Shown: positions 13,279 through 32,090 of the stretch, one piece after another
Layout of the letters: the number at the start of each line of letters is the position of its first letter
How positions within the stretch are numbered: the stretch's first letter is position 1
Assembly (NCBI RefSeq): GCF_036321535.1
Contig: NC_087436.1
Location: 123,134,001-123,198,000 of the forward strand
Direction of reading: 5' to 3'
Length of the DNA stretch: 64,000 nt
From: Camelus dromedarius
Taxonomy: Eukaryota
Program-made: the position numbers and the translations under genes
Notes under the pieces: generated by a model
Database searches by the model: none
Seen by the model: the letters and a program-made list of their open reading frames with translations, nothing else
Told to the model about the DNA's origin: nothing

Positions 13279-14599
13279 GCCTGACTCATACGCACAGACA
13301 CACACAGCAGTGAGAAGACCAGCTTCCACTCCAACAGGCTGAGGAGTTCTGAGACATGTGGATGGGACCAGAGTCCTCAGTGGGAAGGGGCTAGCAAGCC
13401 GGGACACAGATACATGTTTCCATGATTTAGGGTGTACGTGACCCCCCTTGCTGACCTGCCTGGGACGCGGCTGGAAAGAGACAGAGGAGCTGATGGGGTG
13501 CAGCCCTGGTGTGGACACAGGCCGCAGCAACCAGAGCTTTCCCTCGTTTAAGCAAACAGTCTTACGTCCAGTGCAGATTTGTCAAGTGTTTTCAATGGAC
13601 CGAGTCCCTGACTGGCCTCCCATGTGGGTAAGGACGAAGTCCCACTGTCCTCTCGGAGGTAGCCTGAGAGTCCAGATCCTGATCTGCTTGCTCAGTTCCT
13701 GGCCGCGGGTGGTGCGGGCGAGCGTGGGCTTCCGGCAGTGGGGACATGAGTGTGATGAGCACAGGCCCAGACGCTGGGAGGGAAGGGTGTGCTTCCACAT
13801 CAGACAGGTCCGGACGGCTCCCGCCCCGGATGTGCGCTTTGGGGTAGCGGGCCACCCCTAGGAGAACCTGCCAGGCAGGCCGTGGGCCCTGGAGACGTGG
13901 GGCTGCCCTGAAGGTCACCCACCCCACACACTGCCATTCTCAGCCACTGCCATGGGCCAGTCCCATCCTGCTCCAGGGATTCAGGTGTGAACAGACGGGT
14001 TCCTGCCCTCACATAGCTGACATTCTCCTGAGAGGAGAAGATAAAAACCAAGTCAAACCAAACAAACAGGACGGGGCACCTCCTTCAATAAGGTTAGCTT
14101 TCTCCCTCGATGTTATCCTCAGCAAAGAGGAGCTGCCTTTGCTTCAGTCTTGGCAAAGAGACCCCTCCCAGTTGCTTGGTTCCAAGCAGGCCACTGTTTA
14201 AGGAAGACACGTTCACCTGCATAAGCCTGTTAATGGTAGTTTGAGACGCTGAGAGGAGCCTACATTTCTTTAAAAGAAAAGGAGAAAAAGACATCGAAAC
14301 ACAGGTTTAGGCATAATTATGTGTGTTGAATATTATTGTAAACAAGCCTTACAGATAATTTTCAAAAGCAAGACACAAGGTGGTTTTTGTGTGGTGATCA
14401 CTACAGGATGTACGTCTTCAAGACGCGACGTCCCGAGGCGTGCAGATGGATCCTCAGGGCCTGCGGGCGCTCTTACGCTGTTAGATGCAAACCTGAACAG
14501 TGTGGATGCTTCTGTGGAAGGTGCTCGTCCACAATTTAAACAAAACCTTTTCATTAAATGTGAGAGTAGAAAAAGTCATTATTTCCAAATAGTGTGTAA

Positions 14600-15960
14600 G
14601 TTTTATTTGTTTTTTTAGTGTGTAAGTTTTAAAAATTAAACTTCTTATTTTGAAAGTATTAGAGGTGCAAACACAGTTGTAAGAAGTAACAGCACGATTT
14701 CTTGTACATTTTTCCCATTTTCCCCTAAAATAACATCTTGCAAAACACAGATGTGGACGCAATCCGGGATCCATGCAGATTCCCCAGTTTCCCTGTCACT
14801 CACGTGTGTGTGTACGTGACACGAGTGTATCGAACGTCTAGGTGGTGTATCCTTGAGTGTATACACACTCAAGATGCAGAGCACGTCCATCACTGGGGTC
14901 CCTCCTGTTCCCCAGTCCCCAAAACTGCTCATTTGTTCCCCACTTCTAAAATTTTATCTTTTCAAAAATGTTGTACAATGGAATCATACTGTAGCTAAAC
15001 TTTGCAGTGCGGCTTTCCCTGGCGGGGCGTAACTACCCTGAGATTCACCTGGCTGCTGCGCGTTTGAACCGTCTGCTTTGCTCCATGGCGGATGCCCCCC
15101 ACTCCGCTAGCTTCACCACTCACCCCTGGAAAGACATCTGAGTTCTTCCCAGTTTTGGGGCTGTCCCACATAAGGCTGTTACGAACATTTGGGTACAGTT
15201 TTTGTGTGAACACATATTTTTGTTTCTCTGGGGTAAACGCCAAAGAAGGCGACTGCTTGGTCCTAGGATAATGGCATGCAAGTCTGATAAGAAAATGCCA
15301 ATCTGTTTCCCATAGTGGCTGTAACGTTTCTCAACTTTACAGCAGTGCGTGAGCGACCCAGCAAATGCCAGCCAGCACTCGATGTCACTGAGTTTCACTT
15401 CAGCCAGTCTGAAAGGTGTGCAGGCATACTCACTGTGGTTTAATTTGCATTTTCCCAATGGCTGATGATGTAACCTGCCATTCGTATATTCTCTTCATTG
15501 AAATATTCCTTGGTGTCCTTTGGCCATTCTGTAACTGAACTTTTTTTTTTTTGAGTTGAGTTTTGGGGGTTCTTTATCTGTTCTAGATGTCGGGTCTTTG
15601 TGGGCTGTGTGGTTCGCAGACACTTTCTCCCAGTCCACGTCTACAGAAGCCCACCGATGGCATTGTGTGAAACCTGTAGCTCGACCTGGAAGACCTGACG
15701 TCTTTACTATGCTGAGCCTTCTGTTCCAAGAACGTGGTCTACCTCTTAGGTCTTTGTTGATTTCTTCCATTAGTGTTGCATCATTTTTAGCATCCAAGTC
15801 CTGTGGACATTTTGCACGGTTTACACCCGAGTATTTAATTTTCTTTGAAGTAACTGTAAATTGTATATGTCTTTAATTTTGGTTTCCACATGCTCAAGGC
15901 TGGTGAGTAGAAATGTAATCAGCTGCTGATCTCACATCCAGCAGCCTTGCTGAGCTGCCT
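14600..15960 (-). mobile_element. Degenerate L1 (L1M-type) 3' fragment
   Basis: Antisense L1 3'UTR/ORF2 motifs (tcccagttttggggctg..., gtggtttaatttgcattttcccaatggctgatgatg, tctttgttgatttcttccattagtgtt). Confidence 0.7.
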
Positions 15961-16908
15961 ACTCCACAGACGAGCCCTCTGGATGTCGCGTGGGGGTGGG
16001 GGAGCCCCAAGTAGAGCAGGAGGGCTGGAGAAGGGGAGGAGCACTAGTGCAAGGCCAGCGTTGTGTCCATTTATGTCAGCCCCACGTTAGTGACCTCAGG
16101 AGGAGAAGTACTGGGGAGGAGTGGAGAGATGTCCGAGGAGGACCTCTGGGTGGGGAGGAATGCACAGGAGACTGCCTGCCCACAGGGGAGCTCTTGTGGA
16201 AGAGAAACAGGTTGATACCTCCACCCTCCCTGCCTTCCAGCCCACAGGTCTCTCCATCTGAAACAAACAGAAACCGAGCTGTTTTCTCATCTGTGAACTG
16301 CAGATAATAACCAAAATGGGGAGGCCGCCTGCCCCTCCCTGGCCCAAGGACCAGGGCTCCGGAACAGCCCTTTCCCTGGGTAAGAGGATAGGCTGGCCTC
16401 CCCCTTCTTCCTCTGCCTGCCCACCACCCCCAACCCCCATCTGTCCTGCTTCTCCACAGGGCTGAGTCTGATGACTAGCATGGATTCGAGGCTCTGCAGC
16501 CTGACCCCAGCCCCCTGTTCCAGGCTGGCCTCCTGCTGCTCCTGCAGGAATTGGGGTGGGGATGGCAGAGGGAACCTTTCCCCCACCCCCTTCAGGAAAG
16601 GCCTTCTGCTAGACAGTGACTTCAGGGCGTCCTCTCCTGCAACCACCCGGTGGGCAGCAGGGGCCACCACCCGGCTTGGCCCCTGAGAGGGGACTTTGTC
16701 CCAGCTTCTGCGGCAGACTTCCGTCCTGGCCGACGGGGAGGATCCAACTTCTTAATTTGTCCCTTTTCCGCCTGGCGGGTTGGTGATCCCTGACCCCGGG
16801 GCGGAGACTGACTGGACCCCACCTCCGAGGCGGCCTGGGCCCCACCTCGGAGGGCCGTCCGGGCTCACATGCCTTTCCAAAAGCTGGCGGCCGGGGGGCA
16901 CCGCAGCG

Positions 16909-24342
<7,434 letters not shown>

Positions 24343-24559
24343 CCCTGCCTCCCTCCGCCTGGGAGCCCTGGGTCCCCCGGGCCCCCCAGGGACATCATGG
24401 GGGCCCTGCAGAGGGCTAGAGGCCAAGGGAGCTTAGTGTGTCAAGAAGCAGGCCTGGGGACATGAAGGGGAGGTGGGGAGAGACAGGCTCTGGTCACCCC
24501 GGCTGTGCCAGTCATGACTGTGCCTGGGACGGTGTCAGAATCCAGGGGGACTTGGGGGC

Positions 24560-24565
24560 ATTAAA
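24560..24565 (+). terminator. Probable SLC49A3 polyadenylation signal (ATTAAA)
   Basis: ATTAAA about 220 nt after the stop; the only canonical-type hexamer I saw before the convergent MYL5 3' end. Confidence 0.55.
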
Positions 24566-25030
24566 CACCCAGGGCCTGGCAAGCTGGCCCAGGGGACACT
24601 CGATGGCTGTAGCAGGAGCTGCTGCTCTGTAGACAGGAAGCCACTGACCAGGCTGATGCCCCAGGGGCCAGGCCAGACTCAGGGTATCTGGTGAAGGGAC
24701 TATGTGTGGGGAGGCTGGGCTGGCCTGGGGGGCATAGGCAGAGGGGAACTGTTGGGTTGGGGACCCTGGGGGCCCCAGCATGGCTGAGCCTGTAATGGAC
24801 AGGTGTGGGGAAGGCCTCCCTTAAAGGATCTCTCCCAGAGCCACTCTTAGCCTCTGCTGACGACTGAATGACAGACCTCCAGCTGGGTGCCAGCACAGGT
24901 GGGGAGAACAGGTGGGGCCAGGCAGGGCTGGAGAGAGGAGCAGAGGGTGGGCCCTGGGCAGACCCTCCCACACCCAGGTGAACAGCTTCTTCCCCCGGCA
25001 GAGACACTTGCAGGCAGGTTTGGGTTCACT

Positions 25031-25036
25031 TTTATT
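25031..25036 (-). terminator. MYL5 polyadenylation signal
   Basis: tttatt on + (AATAAA on -) about 29 nt after the TGA. Confidence 0.75.
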
Positions 25037-25064
25037 GAGCTGGCCGCACCCGGTGGGGGGGCCC

Positions 25065-28000
25065 TCACTCCCTCTCCTCCCCATGAGTGAGCACATAGCT
25101 CAGTGACTTATAGTCCAGGTTGCCAGCAGTGTCGATGGTTGAGAACTGGAACATCTGGTCTACCTGTGGGTTTGGTGGGGGGCGTCAGGCCCAGGCGGTG
25201 GGGGCAGAGTGGAAGGGTCCCCAAGGTCACGACCAAAGGGTAAATTACAGGCACTAAACTCCAGGCTCTGTCTTGTTTCTGCGCTTGCAGGGAAGGGAGG
25301 TGGGGGGGAGACCCTGCAAAGCGAGAGGTGTGGCTGAGGCAGGTGTCCCCCTTCCTGGACCCTGGGTGTCCCACCTACCCCAATGCTGCAGTCTCTAGGG
25401 GGCTGGGGCACATCCCCCTCCGGACCCCCAAGTCCCCAGGGCCATCCTTGGACTTCACAGAGGGCCATGGGGGAAGCCGGTGGGGTGGGGACCAAAGGCC
25501 AAACCTCGTCGGCAGTCATCCTGTCAGCCTGGGACATCAGCAGCCTCCTGATGCTGAGGACAGGGAGGGAGGGGGTGGATTAGGCTGATCTGGAAGAAGG
25601 GGTCAACCTGGAAAGGGACGGGTAGCCCCAGGGGAGCCCTGTGAGGGGTCAGTTTACACCTTCGGCTCCTCCGTGGGGGGCAGGGCTCTTTGCTGGTGCC
25701 TCGTGGAAGCCTGGCCCTGGGGAGTCCTGCGCACAGGGTGGGAAGAGAGGCACAGGGAGCCCTTCCTGACTCTCAGCCCTGAATATGCCCATTCACGGTT
25801 CTTGGCCGAAGGAGCCCCCTAAGAGGCTAAAGGCCCCATGATAGTCCGAGTGGCAGTGACCACTGGCCCCAGGTGGGTAGGACTGGTCCTGCCCTCAGTT
25901 ATGCTGAGCAACCCAGGATCTGGGCAGGCCAGTCAAAGCCCGGAAGCTGGGGTGGGGGGGTGGGGTAAGCTGGGTGTCCTTCAGACCCGGGAGATGCCCG
26001 GCGCCCGTGGCCACACTCCCTCGTCCTTGTTAATGCTGCCTTTGCTGTCGGGGTCCAGCATCTTGAATGCGTTGAGGATGGTCTCATCGGCGCCCATACC
26101 TGCGCACAGGAGGCATGAGCCGCGGTTGCCCAGGGCTCCATACCCTCTGCCTGAATGGCCCTCCTGCCCCGAGCACCTGGGAGACTCTCAGCTTCCACCC
26201 TGGGGGGCCTATTCTCAGGGTCCCCACCGTCCCACCAGGCCCAGAGCTGGCGGGGGACAGCGCTCAGTGAGGGACAGAGGCTGCCGCCAGCGGGCAGAGG
26301 AGAGAGGCTGGCTCACCCGCTGGGGGGCTGACGGTGCCCCACAGGTGCCAAGTCCTGAACCCATGGGGTTTTATGTGAGATGTCAGGATTTCTAAGTAAA
26401 CGCACACATGGCATCGGCAGACCCACAGGCTGGCCCTGCAGCCGCCGCTCAGCTTCTCTGCAAACATGTTGAGGAACATCGTGGAGCTGATGGGCCCCAA
26501 GGCCGCCCTGACCATAGCATCCAGCTCCTCGTCCTTGACGTTGGTTTTGCCTGTGGTGGGTGGAGGGCGGGGATGTCACCGGCCCTGGTCCTAGTGGTGC
26601 AGGTGCCCCACAGGGCCGTCCCAGAACAAAACTGGGGACCCCGGGTTGGGGGAGGGAGGGGAGCCCAGGAGTGGTGGGTGTAGGTTCTGCTGGTCAACAG
26701 AACCCCAGACCCGAGCCTGGGAGGTGGACTGAGGAGGGGAGAGGAGCTCAGAAGGTCTGTGATCTGCTTCCTGGGCAGAGGAAGGTGGGTCGGAGTGCAC
26801 CTCCCAAGTAGAAACCAGCCTGCTCTCTGCAGCTCCAAGGGCAGGACCACCCCAGGCGAAGGACAGTGCCCCCAGATGGGGAGTGGAGGGAGGGCACAGG
26901 CCTGGCTGTGCTGCCCGGGAAGGGCCAGCCTTGGGCTCTTCAGGGAGCGTAAGTGAGCTTCCCTGCCCTCTCCCAGCTCCATTCCTGGGCCGCCTTACCA
27001 TGAGTGCCTGGAGGTCTGAGGGCAAGCCCCTCTTCCATGTGGAGGCGCTAGCCCCTCCCAAGAGCCCTGGTCTCAATCTCCTGCTCTGGGACGCCCATGC
27101 TTGGACTGGGCCACCCACCCCAAGATGCCCTCTGCCAGCCCTGATCAAACCAGAAGGGAGTTTCTCCCCAGAGAGGCCTGGCCCACCTCCTCACAGTCCC
27201 TGGGAGGTCAGATCAGGCTTTAAGGCTCTCTAGGGCTGGAGGACACTCCTGCAGGAGGGTGGACTTTTGCCCCAGGGCATGTACGCAGGGAGGCATAGGT
27301 GACCTTTAGGTCCTGGTCAATGAAGCCATCTCGGTTCTGATCCATTAGTATGAATGCCTGAAATGGAGGCCAGGGTCACTCGGCTGTACTGAATGAGGCT
27401 CGTACAGGGTCTTGTCACCTGCATTACAACTCCCAGGGGACCCCTCGGGCATGAGCTCCTGGGTGGAGGGGCTCCTGGTACCAGGGCAAAGCCTCACCTC
27501 CTTGAACTCCTGGATCTGGGTCTGCTCAAAGTTGGGGAAGATGCTGGATGGGGAAGATGACGCCCTCTGGGCCTGCAGGCCCCCCTCTTCCTTCTTCTTG
27601 GTCTTCCTGCTGGCCTGAGATGAGAACACCAAGACTGAGGCTCCCTCAGCTTGCCCGAGGGTCTCCTTGGGCAGCACCCAGGCATTTGGGGGGACCATAC
27701 AGAGGATGTGTGGATGTGGCACTTGGGGCTCCAGGGTTCCCTGAGCCTGGGTCCTGGGATGGGGCAACTGCAGGTGCTTGGCATGGTCGGAGGGTCCCTG
27801 AGGAGGCCAAGGTTCATCCTGAACTGTGCCTGGTTCTGTCTGCAGTCCCGTCAAGGGGAGCAATGACCTGTGCAGGTGGCCAGCAGATGGAAAGGCTTGT
27901 TCAGTGGGTCCCACTAGGGTGCAGGCCAGAACACACCATCCTCCAGTCCCAGGCTGTCCCCAGGATTGTCATGGCATACAGATCCCCCACCAGCCCAGCA

Positions 28001-28140
28001 CATGCACACCCTCATGTGCGTACACACACTCACACAGAGCACACTGGCTCATGTGATATGTGCACACACACTCATCCACGCAGTTGCACACGCACGTCAT
28101 GGACAGACACGCTCACATGTGTGAACGCAGCACTCACCAT
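25065..28140 (-). pseudogene. MYL5: Myosin light chain 5 (regulatory light chain), 7 exons, probable unitary pseudogene or degraded gene
   Basis: Exons 28138-28140 (ATG|GTGAGT), 27498-27614 (ASRKTKKKEEGG...FEQTQIQEFKE), 27285-27357 (AFILMDQNRDGFIDQDLKVTYASL), 26446-26550 ([12 protein letters not shown]...MFAEKLS), 26021-26099 (ETILNAFKMLDPD), 25505-25553 (IRRLLMSQADRMTADE), 25065-25163 (VDQMFQF...GNLDYKSLSYVLTHGEERE*). Identity as MYL5 is strong (sequence plus synteny). Pseudogene status rests on the donors after exons 4 (GCGGCT) and 5 (GGGAGT) being non-GT. Confidence 0.72.
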
Positions 28141-31100
28141 GCCTGGGTCTGCCTGATGTGATGGTCTGTGCCCTCCCTGCCCAGGTCACCCGTCTTAAGC
28201 TCATACCCAGTCTCCCAGGACAGCTCAGACTCTGGCTGCCACTCCCTACAAGGACAGGTTCAGGGTTCCCCGGGGACCAGACAATTGCAGAGTGAGCCTT
28301 GGCAGCCAGCGGTCCATCAGATGTCAGTCAGACGCCCTCATCCTGCCCGTCCAACAGGCCCCCAGCCTCCCAGGCACCTCTCCATCTGCCCCTTCAACTC
28401 TGGAGCCTTTGTTTTCCTGGATTCTGTGCATATCCAGGGCCACCTGCATGTGGGTGAGGGCTTGGGGGGCTCCAGGAGCAGAGGAAGGAGTGCCTTTCCC
28501 AGATTTGCAGAGTTGCTGTGAATAGCCCTGGTGGCCAGTCGTCAAGTGTTCCCCTGAGCAAGTTTTGTGTGCCCTCACCTCCCTGATTTGGTGACAGAGA
28601 AGTTCCAGGGCCCCTGACCGCAGCCTTGGGGCCACCCCTCCTGTCCCCACGGCAGGGAGCTCCTTGCCTGGCACACAGTGGGGGATAACATTTTTGAGAT
28701 GGAGGACAGCCCAAATGGGCGGGACTGGGCCCCGCACTCAGACAGGTCTTCCCGCTACACCAGGGGCCCTTCGGCAATGTCTGGGGAGGGAAACTGGCCC
28801 AGGTGTCCGTTGGTGGTGCCAGACATCGGAGGTCCCTGGTTGGGGGAAGTGCAGAGTCAGGGGCTGGGAAGAATGGGGGTCTGCAGGCCTAGCAGGAGGA
28901 GGAGGCCTAGGGGAGAGGGAAGTGGGCAGACAGGATTCTGCAGTTTCACACCCGGAGAACAAGTTTTCCTAGCCCCCAGGACAGGTCTGGGTGGGGCTGG
29001 GGCATGTCTCTGAGCCACACAGCACCTGCTGAAGCTGAAAAACAGGGGTGCCCTGCTCCTCGGGGGGCACACACCTTTGGTCACATGGCACCCCTTAAGT
29101 GCTGCCAACCGAGACCCCAGGGCCAGCTCACCATTCACACATCCAACTGCAGGAACCTAGGGGCTTCCGGGGGGCTCTGCCTAGAGGACCCCAGAAGGCG
29201 AATGTGTGACTAACTGGGGAGACCTGGGCCTGGCTGCACAGGGACCCTGCCACTCCCAGCCAGGCAGGGTCTGGGTGTGACACCTGGTCCTACCTTGGCC
29301 AGCTACAGGAGTGGGGAGCGCTCCACTGAGAGGGGAAGGCTTGTGGGATCTGTGCTCAGAAGGTCGTGACTTGGGGAAAGCCAGAAGAGGTTAGCGGAGC
29401 CACTGGGAGGTTTCCTGGGGCTGGCGTGGGTCTGAGCACAGCATTTAAGACAGCGGTGGAGCCTGGCTCCTGGGAGAATATCAGGATTCAGGGTGGACAC
29501 CAGCAGGCCGCCCCTGCGTCCCGAGCCAGGTGGGATGCCTCCCCACTAACCCCCTACAGTCCCCAGGAAGGACCCTGGGCCAATTTGGGTCTCCCCCCCA
29601 TCCCTCACTTCAGGGGTCTTCCCTGGGGGGCTTTGTGTGCATGTGTTCCTGTACCTGTGTGTGTCCTCTGCTGATCGCCACCCCCACAGTGAAGCCACCC
29701 CAACTCCAGCCCAACAGACCCTTATTTTTAATGCTGGAGCAGGAGTTGCTGAGAAGTCTGGTTTATTTAAAACTCCAGGGAAGGGAGAACATGTTTGTCC
29801 CCTGAGGTCACCTGCCCAGCTGCTCAAGGGCAAGGTCAGGCGGAGGGCGGGTCGCGGGGGTGGTCTCAGCACTGCCTGGTGGCAGTGGAGAAGGTTGACT
29901 CTGGGCCTTGTGGTGGTCAGTTACACTTACAGCTTCCTCAGGGAGCAGTGCTGTGGGGGTGGGGGCTAGTGAGGCCCTCCCCTGATCCCAGGCCCACAGA
30001 AGCCTCTGGAGGCAGGACCCTCAGAGGGTTCAGATAAGGGCCCAGCTGCCCTATAGGATTGGCCTCACTGTTCCCACTCCCAGCCCAGGATACAGGTGAT
30101 TTTCTAGTTTCCTTGCTGGGAGGCCCAGAGCCAGGACCCCCCAGTGAGTGGAGAGAGAGCAGGCTCTGCCCAGACCCCTGGAGCCGCCCTTGGAGCCTCC
30201 GCTTGGTGCAGATTTACTGAGCACCTGCTACCTATCCTGGAGTTTTCGTCCCTGCATCCTGTTCTCTTTAGAATCACAGGTCCCCTTTAGAAACAGAAGC
30301 ATGGTCTCCCTCCACAGTGGAGCCCCAGGCCCTGGTTCTCAGGGAGCTTATGCTGGGAGCAGAGCCCGGCCCATGGGGTGGGTGGTCCTCCACCAAACCC
30401 CCAAGCCCCGTTGCCATGGGAACCGTGTGTTAGCGCAGCTTGCTCAGCTGGGAGGCTATCTGGCCACCACTGCCCCATCTCTGGGCAGCCCCTCTGTATA
30501 CAGGGGCTGGCCCAGCTGCTCCTTAACTGGGGCTGACCACAGAGCTGAGGGAGACAGGCGTCTCCTCTGAGGATACAGAGTACCCCACCAGTGAGAATCG
30601 TGCCTCCCCAGCAGAGGGCAGCATAAGTGAGAGCCAGGGCCCCTCTGGGGATTCCTGGGTTGAGATGTACCTTTGAGCTTCGGGCTGCACGGTCCTGAGG
30701 CCAGGAGTCTGGGAGACCCAGGAAGCAAGCTCTGCTGGAGTGGACTTCCCAGGAGGACCCCAACCCCCTCTGCTGGAGTGGTTCCTGGGGTGAGGAAGCT
30801 GTAGCTCTGCTAGGGGGTTGGTATTGGGGCTGCTCAAGTGCGGGAGGCGGCACCCCAGGCAGTATGGCCCCAGGACAGGGCTCTGAGTCCAGAGGGGCCA
30901 GCCGCTGCCACCCTCCTCCACTAGGCGAGGGGCCTGGGCAATGGACCTGCCCAGGGGTAGCCGGCCTGACTCAGGTCACACCCTGCATCAGGACGACCCC
31001 AGATTCTCTGACCAGAGCCTGGAGTCCCTTCCCGGGCCGTCCTCGGGGCTGACCTGGGGCGGCCTCAGGCATGGACAGGCCTGGGGTGGCTGAGGAACGC

Positions 31101-31289
31101 GCTGCAGCGTGGGCGGGGCGGGACAGCCCAGGGCGGGAGGATGGGGAGCGCTCTATTTTGTACTTTGTAAGGAGGACTTAATACTTTTCCAATATTTTAT
31201 ACCTATGGTGTCCGGACCTCGATTTTGGGCTCAACCATGCCTGAAAACATCAGGGTCTGCAAGAGTTTTAATCCCCGAGGGTAGGTACC

Positions 31290-32090
31290 CGCGGCCCCAC
31301 CCGGAACATTGCGCATGCACAGTCAATCCAGCACGCGCCTGGTGACGTCACTCCTCGAACGGGCGCGCGCGCGCGCGCGCCGTTTCCCCTCGGGGCCACC
31401 AGGGGGCGCGCCCCACACACCTGCTCGCTCCCCATAGCGCATGCGCTCGCTAGGGTGCGTGGGTGGTTTTTTTTTTTTTTTTTTTAAGGCGGTGTCCTCC
31501 TCGGTCGGGATTGTGCTTCCGGTGCGAAGGTCACGGACAAGATGGTGCCGCCGGTGCAAGTCTCTCCGCTCATCAAGGTGAACTGGTGCTCGGCCGGTGC
31601 TCGGCTCCGCGTGGGCCTGCGCGTGTGCAACTCCGCGGAGCGCGGGACTCCCGGCCCAGTCCCCGACCCGGCGGGGCGATCACCCCTCTCACTGCTCCCC
31701 GCCGCGACCCAGCGGCTGCGACCCCCTCCCTCCCCCCTCCATCCCCTTCCCAGGCGCCCGGGAGCCCCGCCCCGCGCCCCGACCCCGCGGGCCGAGAAGC
31801 CCCCCCGCGGCCGCCGCCTCTGACCGCCCTTTCCCCGCAGCTTGGCCGCTACTCCGCCCTGTTCCTCGGCATGGCCTACGGAGCCAAGCGCTACAGTGAG
31901 TGACCCGCGGCGCGCGCACGGGGCTTCTCGAGGCCAGTTTGGACTTCCTGGTGCCCCGAAGTAAACGCGTTCAGGCCGGAGAGGGGGCAGGGTGGGAGGT
32001 GTCGGACCCGGAGGCCAAGCGGGCCGACCCTCGAGCGCGGCCACGGCAGGCTCGTAGTCGGGCTCAGGCAGCCGGGACGAGCGCCTTCTG
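31290..32090. promoter_or_regulatory. ATP5ME CpG-island promoter with NRF1, CRE, ETS/GABP, YY1-like and CTCF motifs
   Basis: Dense CpG. TGCGCATGCA 31310-31319, GCGCATGCGC 31437-31446, TGACGTCA 31343-31350, CTTCCGG near 31516, CAAGATGG over the ATG, CCACCAGGGGGCGC 31396-31409. Confidence 0.85.

Noticed and set aside
14050..14600. AT-rich non-genic segment considered as a processed pseudogene
   Set aside because: No recognisable protein in the frames I read and no poly(A)/TSD; left unassigned.
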